From contig CAYXED010000002.1 in assembly GCA_964463965.1 (NCBI GenBank), positions 155,387-219,386 of the forward strand: DNA of 64,000 bases. The letters are read 5' to 3'. This document shows, in pieces, positions 17,485 through 26,351 of this stretch. The DNA comes from an uncultured Nitrospiraceae bacterium. Its GTDB lineage: Bacteria; Nitrospirota; Nitrospiria; Nitrospirales; UBA2166. The first letter of the stretch is position 1. The number at the start of each line of letters is the position of its first letter. The position numbers and the translations under genes were made by a program. Below the pieces are notes generated by a model, which saw only the letters and a list, made by a program, of their open reading frames with translations, ran no database searches and had not been told where the DNA came from.

Positions 17485-19247
17485 AAACCTGTTTCCTTAT
17501 TACTGCACGACTGAAATCAACTCGCCTACCAAAGAAGTTGTTGCTAGAAGTTTGTGGAAAACCATTGCTTGCCCATATGATAGACAGAATTAAAGAAGCA
17601 AGGCTTATTGACGAAATTGTTGTTTGCACTTCGACCAACAGCGAAGACGATCCCTTATGTGATTTAGCCTCTGTAGAAAATGTGTCTTATTTTAGGGGAG
17701 ATGAAGAAGATGTAGTTAAAAGACTATATGATGCTTCTTTAAAGTTTGAGGCAGATTATATTTTAAATATTACAGGCGATTGTCCTTTTGTTGATCCTGT
17801 TTATATTGATCGCATTGTAGAAGTTAATCAAACGATCAAGGCAGACTTAGTTCGTGCGTTGGAATTGCCTCATGGAGCGTATGCCTATGGTGTCTACCCA
17901 TCAGCTATAAAGACAATCCTTGATATTAAAAGTTCAAAAGACTCTGAAGTGTGGACCCCATATTTTACAGATACTAACTTATTTTCTGTCTATGATCTTC
18001 CAATTGATAATCCCCATCACCGTAGATCTCATCTTCGCATGACATTAGACTACCCTGAAGATTTGAAGTTTTTTGAGGCCGTATTTTCTCACTTATACAA
18101 TGTTGAGAGAGTTTTTAGTTTGGATGAAATTTTAGAACTTTTGAAAAATAATCCAGAGATAGTTGCTCTTAATGACCACTGTTCATTGCCATATAAAAAA
18201 CGATGGACTAGGCAATCTGTAATTGGTTTGAAGCCTAGGTGTGAAGTGAATTCTGCAGTCATTGTTGGGTGTGGTTCGATAGGAAAGAGGCATATCAAAA
18301 ATTTGTCTTCGCTGGGCATTACTGAAATTACAGCATTGAGAACTTTTCATGGTTATACCAAGGCACTCCCAGAAGAATATAATGTGATCGAAGTAGGAGA
18401 TATTGACTCTCTCAAAAAGGTATCTCCTGATATAGCCATTATTAGTAATCCAACAAGTCTCCACATTGAAACTGCAAGAACATTGCTTCAATATGTTAAG
18501 GGAGTGTTTATTGAAAAGCCTTTAGCCGCATCACTCGATGGAGTATCTGAATTTATTGATGAGGTTTATGATAGAGGCATTGTATCGTTTGTAGGATATA
18601 ACCTTGAATTTCACCCTGCAATATGCACGATTCGTGACTTGATTACATCCGGAAGTTTTGGAACTCCCATGATATTTCAATGTCAGGTCGGACAATGGTT
18701 ACCTGATTGGCATCCATACGAAGAGTATAAAGATGCGTACTATGCCCGTAAATCATTGGGTGGTGGTGCAATGTTGACTCTCAATCATGAACTTCATTTA
18801 GCAGAGTCACTTATTGGACCTTCTCAGTCTGTTGGATGCTTTCTTCCCCACACAGATCTTTTGGAAGTCGATGTTGAAACTGTTGCTGATTTGATGATCA
18901 AGCATGTTTCAGGCGCAGTTAGCCAGGTTCATTTGGATTTTATCCAGAAGCCATCTCATCGAGTTGGCGTGCTTTCATGTGAGCGTGGACGGGTGAACTA
19001 TGATTTAAGCGCAAATCAGGTGTTTGCAAGCTCTGGAGACTCTAAAGCTCCCAGGTTGGTTTGGGAAGATCCTTTGTACGATATTAATGATTCATATGTT
19101 GGAGAGATGAAAAAGTTTTTAGAGTATGTGAGAGAAGGAAGAATGCGTCATGAGTTTGATGTATGTAGGGCAAAACGTGATATGGAAGTTGTCGAAGCCG
19201 CTTTTGAATCTCACAAGTTAGGACGCTTTGTTCAATTGACTAGTTGA
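17481..19247 (+). CDS. Fusion protein: SpsF/NeuA-family cytidylyltransferase (N-terminal) plus Gfo/Idh/MocA oxidoreductase (C-terminal)
   Basis: 588 aa. Residues 1-245 carry ITARLKSTRLPKKLL and GDCPFVD. Residues 255-588 carry VIVGCGSIGKRH and FIEKPL. The start makes an ATGA overlap with the upstream gene. Confidence 0.8.
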   Translation: MKTCFLITARLKSTRLPKKLLLEVCGKPLLAHMIDRIKEARLIDEIVVCTSTNSEDDPLCDLASVENVSYFRGDEEDVVKRLYDASLKFEADYILNITGDCPFVDPVYIDRIVEVNQTIKADLVRALELPHGAYAYGVYPSAIKTILDIKSSKDSEVWTPYFTDTNLFSVYDLPIDNPHHRRSHLRMTLDYPEDLKFFEAVFSHLYNVERVFSLDEILELLKNNPEIVALNDHCSLPYKKRWTRQSVIGLKPRCEVNSAVIVGCGSIGKRHIKNLSSLGITEITALRTFHGYTKALPEEYNVIEVGDIDSLKKVSPDIAIISNPTSLHIETARTLLQYVKGVFIEKPLAASLDGVSEFIDEVYDRGIVSFVGYNLEFHPAICTIRDLITSGSFGTPMIFQCQVGQWLPDWHPYEEYKDAYYARKSLGGGAMLTLNHELHLAESLIGPSQSVGCFLPHTDLLEVDVETVADLMIKHVSGAVSQVHLDFIQKPSHRVGVLSCERGRVNYDLSANQVFASSGDSKAPRLVWEDPLYDINDSYVGEMKKFLEYVREGRMRHEFDVCRAKRDMEVVEAAFESHKLGRFVQLTS

Positions 19248-19277
19248 GTTGATAATCTGAATTAAAATGTGAAGAGT

Positions 19278-20111
19278 ATGAGTAAAACTGCATTTGATCT
19301 TACAGAAAAAACTGCTTTGGTAGTCGGGGGTAATGGGTTTCTCGGATGTCGTTTGTGTAACGAATTAATTCAGCACGGTGCCACAGTATATGCGGCAGAT
19401 TTGCGCGAATCATCTTTGGCGGCTTCTCGAGATGACTCCCTTGTCCTTGAAAAGAAGGTTTTGCAACGCACAGTTGATGTTGCTGATTCGACGTCGGTGG
19501 TCAATCTTGTTGATGGGATTATCGAAGAGGCAAAGAAGATTGATATTCTTGTTTACAGTGTTACCGCAAAGCCGCACGATTTTTATAAACCGTTTACAGA
19601 GTGTTCACTTGAAGGTTGGCAATCTCTTATGCGTATGGAGTTGGATGGGCTTTTTCTCATTTCAAAGCATGTCGGGAAGTATATGGAGGCTGCAGGTGAA
19701 GGTAGTATGGTTTTTCTTTCCTCCATCTATGGGATAGTTGGTAATGATCAGAGAATATATGAAGAGGCAAATCTTGCAACATTGTATGCTGGTATAGATA
19801 AGGATGAGGCAAAAAAAATCTACTCGCATGCGGGATATGCCGTTGCCAAAGGAGGAGTTATCGCTCTAACGCGCTTTCTTGCAGCGTACTGGGGAAAGGC
19901 TGGAATTAGAGTGAACTGTGTTTCTCCAGGAGGCATTTCGCATCCAGGGGAAGATGATGGCTTTGTTCAGCGTTATTCGTTTCGAGTGCCGATGGGCCGT
20001 AAGGGGTTGCCTTCAGAGGTTGGAGGTGCAGTTGTGTACTTATCATCGAATGCCGCTAGTTACGTGACAGGTCACAACCTTGTAGTAGATGGTGGGTGGA
20101 CATCCTGGTAA
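19278..20111 (+). CDS. Short-chain dehydrogenase/reductase
   Basis: VVGGNGFLGCRL and catalytic YAVAKGG. GTG 19269 is a possible alternative start. Confidence 0.85.
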   Translation: MSKTAFDLTEKTALVVGGNGFLGCRLCNELIQHGATVYAADLRESSLAASRDDSLVLEKKVLQRTVDVADSTSVVNLVDGIIEEAKKIDILVYSVTAKPHDFYKPFTECSLEGWQSLMRMELDGLFLISKHVGKYMEAAGEGSMVFLSSIYGIVGNDQRIYEEANLATLYAGIDKDEAKKIYSHAGYAVAKGGVIALTRFLAAYWGKAGIRVNCVSPGGISHPGEDDGFVQRYSFRVPMGRKGLPSEVGGAVVYLSSNAASYVTGHNLVVDGGWTSW

Positions 20112-20174
20112 TTATTATTGTTGGTTTTTGAATTTGTGGTTGCTAGGTACTTTTTTCTCTAGCACGTTGTTTTC

Positions 20175-20846
20175 TTGCATGTACTTTTGGAGAACTTTTT
20201 GAAGAATATAACTGCTGACTGTGTGATTTTAGGAGGTGGTGGGCATGCAGCTGTTATTCTCGATGCTATTCATGCTAGCGTCGGAAGTCTTTCGTGTGTT
20301 GTGCTAGATAAAAATCGCGATCATTGGGGAACAAAATTTTTAAATGTTGAAATCCTTGGAGACGATACCTTATTGCCAGAGTTGCTTGAGGCGGGTGTTT
20401 TGAGTTTTATTGTTGGAGTTGGAGGAGTAGGGGACAATCAGTTGCGGAAAGATTTATTTGAGCAAGGAGTTAGGCATGGATTGAAACCTATGATGGTGCA
20501 GCATCCAGCAGCAGTTCGATCTGAATGGGCCACAATTGATGCTGGGACTGTTCTTCTTGCAACATCAGTTGTTGGGCCAAGGGCAATCATTGGAGAAAAT
20601 GTGATTGTCAATACTGGAGCGATTGTTGAACATGATTGTCAAGTTGGTGATCATGCGCACATATCTATTGGTGCTCAGCTGGCAAGTGCGGTGCATGTTG
20701 GGTCAATGGCTCATGTCGGAGTTGGTGCTTCTGTAAGGCAAAGTGTTTCAATTGGAGAGGGAGCTATTGTTGGAGCTGGAGCAGTGGTTGTAAAAGATGT
20801 TGCTGATTGGAGCACTGTTTGTGGTGTTCCAGCTGATGTTATCTAG
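20175..20846 (+). CDS. PglD/NeuD/LegH-family sugar N-acetyltransferase (left-handed beta-helix)
   Basis: N-terminal ILGGGGHAAVILDAI domain followed by hexapeptide repeats (IGENVIVNTGAIVEHDCQVGDHAHISIGAQL...). The TTG start is uncertain. Confidence 0.8.
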   Translation: MHVLLENFLKNITADCVILGGGGHAAVILDAIHASVGSLSCVVLDKNRDHWGTKFLNVEILGDDTLLPELLEAGVLSFIVGVGGVGDNQLRKDLFEQGVRHGLKPMMVQHPAAVRSEWATIDAGTVLLATSVVGPRAIIGENVIVNTGAIVEHDCQVGDHAHISIGAQLASAVHVGSMAHVGVGASVRQSVSIGEGAIVGAGAVVVKDVADWSTVCGVPADVI

Positions 20847-20961
20847 TAAGGTATTATGAGGAAATATTATTATGGTAAGGCGTTATATTTATGCTTCCTT
20901 TCAGGGTGTTATGTAGGATATATGTTGCAGGATCAGTCTATTCCCAACAGAGGAGGCTCTA

Positions 20962-21663
20962 ATGCCTGGAAGTGAAGTGGATCTGGCAAAACGCTGGAAC
21001 CAAGTGTACAGCGAAAAACATATGACAAACTGGTATCCTAGCTATGATATCTTACGTTTTTGTTCAAAATTTATTCAAAAGCGTCTCACCTATGATACCT
21101 ATGATGTGAAAAAAAATGTAAAAAGTGTTCTTGATCTTGGTTCGGGAAATGGGCGGCATGTAATTTTTTTTGCAAATCAAGGATTTGAAGTTTCAGGCAT
21201 TGATATTTCTGATGATGCTATCAAGCTTTCAAAAGAGTGGTGTGCAAGAGAAGGCTTAGATGCTGATTGTCGCGTTGGAGATATCACTCACCTTCCTTAT
21301 AAAGATGCTTCGTTTGATCTTGTTGTTTCACATGGGGTTTTGGACCATGTTCATATGAGTGATGCTTGCTCTGCGGTAAACGAGGTAAACAGGGTGTTGA
21401 CTCCTTCAGGACTATTCTACTGTGATCTCAGAGGCACAGAGGACTTTGAGTTTGAGATTGGCGAAAAAATTTCATTCAATACATTTATGATCCCAGAAGG
21501 TTTTGAAAAGGGGCTGATTCAGCATTTTTTTTCATTGAAGGAAGTGCATGAGTTATTTGATGAGCATTTCAAGATAATCTATATTGAAAAAAGTGAACAT
21601 GTGTATGGCCCTGATTTTACAAAAAGAAATTCTCGGTGGATAGTTGGGGCTCAGAAACTGTGA
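20962..21663 (+). CDS. Class I SAM-dependent methyltransferase
   Basis: 233 aa with VLDLGSGNGRH motif I and DLVVSHGVLDH. gaggagg RBS upstream. Confidence 0.85.
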   Translation: MPGSEVDLAKRWNQVYSEKHMTNWYPSYDILRFCSKFIQKRLTYDTYDVKKNVKSVLDLGSGNGRHVIFFANQGFEVSGIDISDDAIKLSKEWCAREGLDADCRVGDITHLPYKDASFDLVVSHGVLDHVHMSDACSAVNEVNRVLTPSGLFYCDLRGTEDFEFEIGEKISFNTFMIPEGFEKGLIQHFFSLKEVHELFDEHFKIIYIEKSEHVYGPDFTKRNSRWIVGAQKL

Positions 21664-21801
21664 TCTCCGTAGCTAAACAACAGTAGAAATAGACCAATTC
21701 AATAATTTTTCAAGTGGCTTTACCATGATTTCTATATTTAGCCGCTCTGCACGCCTTAATTAGCTGTATTTTTTAAGTGATTATTTAAAGAGGAAATTAG
21801 T

Positions 21802-22950
21802 ATGGCAAGATACGTTGCAATGATCCCAGCTCGTTTGGGAAGTAAGCGTGTTAAAAAGAAAAACTTGAGGCTTTTGGGTGAGAAGCCATTAATTGCGTAT
21901 GCAATTGAAGTTGCCTGTGCATCAAGGGCTTTTGATGAAGTATATGTGAATTCTGAATCAGAAGTTTTTAAGGAAATAGCAGAGCGATATGGCGCAAAGT
22001 TTTATCAGCGCCCAGTAGAATTTTCAACTGATCACGCAACAAACGATGGTTTTGCTCAGGAATTCATGGATAATGTAATGTGCGATGTTTTAGTTCAAAT
22101 TAACCCTACGTCTCCTTTTATTGGAGTGGAGGATATTCAAAAGGCAAAGGCGTTATTTGAACAAGATGGCTACGATACTGTTTTGTCAGTCAAAGAACTT
22201 CGTATTGAAGGGTTACTAAAAAATACGCCATTGAACTTTAATCCCAAACAACAGATGCCTCCTTCGCAAGACCTTGAACCGCTATATGTATTTTGTAATG
22301 GTATCTTAGCGTGGAGAACGGAAATATTTCTCAAAAATATGAAGGAATATGGTTGTGCGGTCTATGGGGGAGAAGGGAAAACGGGGTACTGTGTTTTAAG
22401 TGGTGATGCAACGCTGGATATTGATGAAGGTAGCGATTTTTCTCAAGCAGAACTTGTTTTAGAGAGGCGAAGGCAGCGAGTGCTGCCTGCCCGCTATTGG
22501 GATTGTGGTGACTCTCCTGGAGAGCACTCTGAGACAACTGTTGGAGATATCCTAAAAAAAGATGGAGTTGTAAAAATTGATTTAGAGGATGTAAATCACG
22601 AGATCACGAACATTCCAAAGTTGTTGTCTGATGGGAGTAATGCTAGGTCGTGGAGTAAGCGAATTATCAATTCGAAGAGCAATTGCGTAACTTTAATTAG
22701 TCAAATGCCTGGAGATGGGAACAGATTGCACTACCATTATGATTGGGATGAATGGTGGTTTATTCTTGAAGGAGAATGGGAATACGAAGTAGAAGAAAAA
22801 ATACATCGTGTTAGTCAAGGTGATGTAGTGTTTATTGAGCGCAACCGATTGCATAAAGTAACAGCTAAAGGAGCATCGAGAGCCGTTCGCATGGCGGTCA
22901 GTTTTGATGGCGTGGCTCACGTGTATCCTGCTGAAGAAGAGACTGTATAG
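21802..22950 (+). CDS. Fusion protein: acylneuraminate cytidylyltransferase (NeuA/LegF-like) plus C-terminal cupin domain
   Basis: 382 aa with N-terminal AMIPARLGSKRVKKKNL. The C-terminal ~100 aa carry cupin motifs HYHYDWDEWWFILEGEWEY and FIERNRLHKV. Confidence 0.8.
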   Translation: MARYVAMIPARLGSKRVKKKNLRLLGEKPLIAYAIEVACASRAFDEVYVNSESEVFKEIAERYGAKFYQRPVEFSTDHATNDGFAQEFMDNVMCDVLVQINPTSPFIGVEDIQKAKALFEQDGYDTVLSVKELRIEGLLKNTPLNFNPKQQMPPSQDLEPLYVFCNGILAWRTEIFLKNMKEYGCAVYGGEGKTGYCVLSGDATLDIDEGSDFSQAELVLERRRQRVLPARYWDCGDSPGEHSETTVGDILKKDGVVKIDLEDVNHEITNIPKLLSDGSNARSWSKRIINSKSNCVTLISQMPGDGNRLHYHYDWDEWWFILEGEWEYEVEEKIHRVSQGDVVFIERNRLHKVTAKGASRAVRMAVSFDGVAHVYPAEEETV

Positions 22951-22983
22951 ATAGTAATGTGTTCAAATTTTTCTGCTAGATGA

Positions 22984-24213
22984 GTGAGCATAGTTATGCA
23001 TAGAACCAGCATGTTTAACCTCAAATTGGATATCTCTAAGAGCCATGGATCTTTTTTATTTGATATCAATCAACAAGAAGAACTACTTGACCTTTTTGGT
23101 CTTTATTCCTCTTTGCCACTAGGTTACAACCATCTTATTTTTAAAAACCAAGAGTTTCGTGAAGCTATTCTTCTGTCTGCCAATGTCAAAGTTCCAAATT
23201 GTGAACTGGATACGCCAGAGGCGGAAAAATTTTTACACGAATTTACTACACATCCTTCCATGCGGGACTTTTCATTTTTTCATTTTTCATGCACTGGGGC
23301 ATTAGCTATTGAAGCCTCTATTAAGACTGCTATTGATTATAAGAGGGCTTCAGATCCACAAATAATTACCTTTAAGGGAAGTTTCCATGGGATCAATAGT
23401 TATGGAGGGTTTTTAACTGATCGCTCTGGAAGTTCGAGTCGACGATTAGAAGGTATGCCGGGTGGTCTTTTTGGAGAACCACTGCCTAATCCTGTAATGT
23501 CGTGTCGTGATGGACAACTATTTGTTGATGACTCTTTAACGGATAGAACTTTGGAGGAAGTTGAATTCCGTTTTCGAAGAGATGAGCAGTCGATATGTGC
23601 TGTTCTTCTTGAACCTATTCAATGTACTGCAGGCGATCTTCTTTTTGATCTTCGGTTTCTTAAAGGAATACGCGATTTATGCAGTCAGTTTAATGTTCCT
23701 CTGATTTTTGATGAGGTTCAAACTGGATTTGGGGGCACTGGGACCATGTGGTACTTTGAACAATGTGGTATCGTCCCTGATATTGTTGTTTTTGGAAAAA
23801 AGTCACAGGTATCAGGGATTATGGTAAGGGAACAATTTGGAGAAATATTTAAAAATGCTCTTCGGCTGGAAGTCACATGGGATGGTGATCTTCTTGATAT
23901 GATTAGGTGTCGTTGGATTCTTCAGGCGTTTCAGAAATTTAATATTTTAGAGAATGTGATATCTCGTGGTAAGCAGTTAGGGACTGCTCTTCGAGAGATA
24001 GCATCTGTTGAAAATGTCCGTCAGGTTGGACTCCTTATCGCTTTTGATTTCAAGGATACTGGAGTTCGTGATGAGTACGTACGTTCAATGAGACATCATA
24101 AAACCATAGTTTTGCCGACGCAAGAAAAGTCAATTAGATGGAGGCCTAACCTTGCGATGACTGATGCGGAGGCAAAACTCGCGATTTCTCGTTCAGCAAA
24201 ATGTTATTCTTGA
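22984..24213 (+). CDS. Class III PLP-dependent aminotransferase (lysine 6-aminotransferase-like subgroup)
   Basis: 409 aa with LLEPIQCTAGD, FDEVQTGFGGTG and a PLP-lysine context FGKKSQVSG. The start is GTG 22984 or ATG 22996. Confidence 0.8.
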   Translation: MSIVMHRTSMFNLKLDISKSHGSFLFDINQQEELLDLFGLYSSLPLGYNHLIFKNQEFREAILLSANVKVPNCELDTPEAEKFLHEFTTHPSMRDFSFFHFSCTGALAIEASIKTAIDYKRASDPQIITFKGSFHGINSYGGFLTDRSGSSSRRLEGMPGGLFGEPLPNPVMSCRDGQLFVDDSLTDRTLEEVEFRFRRDEQSICAVLLEPIQCTAGDLLFDLRFLKGIRDLCSQFNVPLIFDEVQTGFGGTGTMWYFEQCGIVPDIVVFGKKSQVSGIMVREQFGEIFKNALRLEVTWDGDLLDMIRCRWILQAFQKFNILENVISRGKQLGTALREIASVENVRQVGLLIAFDFKDTGVRDEYVRSMRHHKTIVLPTQEKSIRWRPNLAMTDAEAKLAISRSAKCYS

Positions 24214-24235
24214 CGCTTCATGCTTGGAGAGAGTG

Positions 24236-25321
24236 ATGCTTCCTAAAGGAATTCAGAGCATTTCTGAGCTTTGTGTGCCTCCTACCTTCTCCGTTCGAGA
24301 GGTGATGGAGCAGATGAATGTGACACGTGTCGGCATCGCTTTGGTTGTTGTTGAGGATGATGTACTTGTAGGTACCGTCACCGATGGTGATTTACGGAGA
24401 GCTATGCTTGCATCTGTAGATTTTGATGGATCTGTCCAGCAGTTATTGGATAGAAAATCACTTGCAGGAACCTCAGATCCCGTTGTTGCACAGGTTGGAA
24501 TTTCTCATGCCGGTTTGCTCGCGATGTTGCAGGAGTCATGTGTTAGTCACTTACCTATTGTCGATGTGAAAATACGTGTGGTTGGGCTTGCTACTCGAAG
24601 TGAGTTTTTGCCTGACCCTACTGTAAAAACACAGGCAGTGATTATGGCAGGTGGATTTGGAACACGTCTTCAGCCACTCTGTGATGAAATTCCAAAACCC
24701 ATGCTTCCTGTTGGTGAGCGCCCCTTGATGGAGCTGATCATTGAACGTTTACGAGACTCTGGAATTAAGCAAGTCAATGTAAGTACCCATTATAAGAGGG
24801 AAAAAATTATGTCTCACTTCGGAAATGGAGGAGACTTTGGTGTTGAAATATCATATGTCGAGGAAGACAGCCCACTTGGAACTGCTGGGGCAATTGGTCT
24901 TATGAAGACTCCCGAGGAAACGTTGCTTGTGATGAACGGTGATATTCTCACTCACGTTGATTTTCGTGCGATGTCATTTTTTCATCAAGAGCACAAAGCT
25001 GACTTTACAGTTGCAGTTCGTGCGTATGATGTTGAAGTCCCCTATGGCGTTATTGAATGTGAAGATATTTGGGCATTTGCATTGACTGAAAAACCCAAAC
25101 AAACACATTTTATTAATGCGGGAATTTATTTGTTGGAGCCTGTGGTTCATCAATATATCCCCAAAGGGCGTCATTTTGACATGACCGATCTAATTCAATG
25201 TTTAATTACGAACAAAAAGCGTGTAGCAACTTTCCCTATTCAAGAGTACTGGGTTGATATTGGACAGCACGCTGATTATGCGAGGGCTAAAGAATATATT
25301 GAGGGAAAGGGTACTTTGTAG
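24236..25321 (+). CDS. ptmE: CBS-domain sugar-1-phosphate nucleotidyltransferase (PtmE-like, probable GDP-sugar forming)
   Basis: N-terminal CBS pair (VGTVTDGDLRRAM, HLPIVD) and C-terminal AVIMAGGFGTRLQPL. ATG 24236 is preceded by ggagag. The track's 5' extension overlaps the upstream gene. Confidence 0.7.
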   Translation: MLPKGIQSISELCVPPTFSVREVMEQMNVTRVGIALVVVEDDVLVGTVTDGDLRRAMLASVDFDGSVQQLLDRKSLAGTSDPVVAQVGISHAGLLAMLQESCVSHLPIVDVKIRVVGLATRSEFLPDPTVKTQAVIMAGGFGTRLQPLCDEIPKPMLPVGERPLMELIIERLRDSGIKQVNVSTHYKREKIMSHFGNGGDFGVEISYVEEDSPLGTAGAIGLMKTPEETLLVMNGDILTHVDFRAMSFFHQEHKADFTVAVRAYDVEVPYGVIECEDIWAFALTEKPKQTHFINAGIYLLEPVVHQYIPKGRHFDMTDLIQCLITNKKRVATFPIQEYWVDIGQHADYARAKEYIEGKGTL

Positions 25322-25346
25322 GGGTTAATTATAGCCAAGGGATGCA

Positions 25347-26351
25347 ATGGTTGTGACTGGAGATATAAAAGAGCTTATTGGTAAATCTGTCCTAGTGACT
25401 GGGGGAGGAGGGTTTATTGGAAGTCATTTGGTTGAGCAGCTTGTTGAGCTTGGCGTAAAGACACGTGCTTTTGTTCACTACAGAAGTGATGGGTCATGGG
25501 GTTGGCTCGATCAGTCTCCATGTAAAGATGACGTTGAAGTAATTGCGGGAGACTTACGTGATCGTGACAATGTAGCCACTGCAGTGAAAAATGTTGATAT
25601 TGTGTATCATTTGGCAGCATTAATTGCGATTCCATATTCCTATAGTTCACCTGGCTCATTTATACAGGCAAATGTTGAGGGTACCTTTAATATTGTTCAG
25701 GCTTGTCGAGACTTTAATATTCAGAAAATGATTCATACATCCACAAGCGAAGTGTATGGTACGGCTCAGCGTGTGCCGATTGATGAAATGCATCCGTTGC
25801 AGGCACAATCCCCATATGCAGCAAGCAAAATTGCTGCCGATAAGATTGTAGAATCATTTCATCTCTCATTTGGACTACCAACAATTACAGTACGTCCCTT
25901 CAATACATTTGGTCCCCGTCAGTCTTCTAGGGCAGTAATTCCAACTATCATTGCTCAGGCATTGACCAGTGAAAAAATTCGGCTGGGGAATGTTCATCCC
26001 ACGCGGGATTTGAATTATGTGGCAAATACTGTTGATGGTTTTGTGCGTGCGGCTTTGAGCAAGAGTGGAGTTGGCTGGACAGTAAACCTTGGATCTGGAG
26101 TTGAGGTGAGTGTTGGGGATCTTGCTAAGATGATTTCACGCCTTGTGGGAAAAGAAGCGGTTATTGAAGTCGATGAGCAACGTGTCCGTCCACAAAGAAG
26201 TGAGGTTGATCGGTTGCTTGCTGACAACGCTCTAGCACAATCAAAACTGAAGTGGAAACCTGTTGTTTCTCTAGAGCAAGGGCTGATTAATACAATTGAA
26301 TGGATGCGTAAGTATATAGATAAATATCGCCCATCTTCGTACGTTGTATGA
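25347..26351 (+). CDS. legB: NAD-dependent nucleotide-sugar 4,6-dehydratase (LegB-like extended SDR)
   Basis: 334 aa with VTGGGGFIGSHLV, STSEVYG and YAASKIAADK. It sits between the PtmE-like and LegC-like genes. Confidence 0.75.
   Translation: MVVTGDIKELIGKSVLVTGGGGFIGSHLVEQLVELGVKTRAFVHYRSDGSWGWLDQSPCKDDVEVIAGDLRDRDNVATAVKNVDIVYHLAALIAIPYSYSSPGSFIQANVEGTFNIVQACRDFNIQKMIHTSTSEVYGTAQRVPIDEMHPLQAQSPYAASKIAADKIVESFHLSFGLPTITVRPFNTFGPRQSSRAVIPTIIAQALTSEKIRLGNVHPTRDLNYVANTVDGFVRAALSKSGVGWTVNLGSGVEVSVGDLAKMISRLVGKEAVIEVDEQRVRPQRSEVDRLLADNALAQSKLKWKPVVSLEQGLINTIEWMRKYIDKYRPSSYVV

Noticed and set aside
24164-24235. 5' extensions of track ORFs that overlap the preceding genes (24164, 44364, 52849, 15137, 46655).
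   Set aside because: Internal ATG codons with good Shine-Dalgarno sequences or ATGA coupling give N-termini that match the family patterns (24236, 44454, 52948, 15161, 46673). The extensions encode motif-less sequence.
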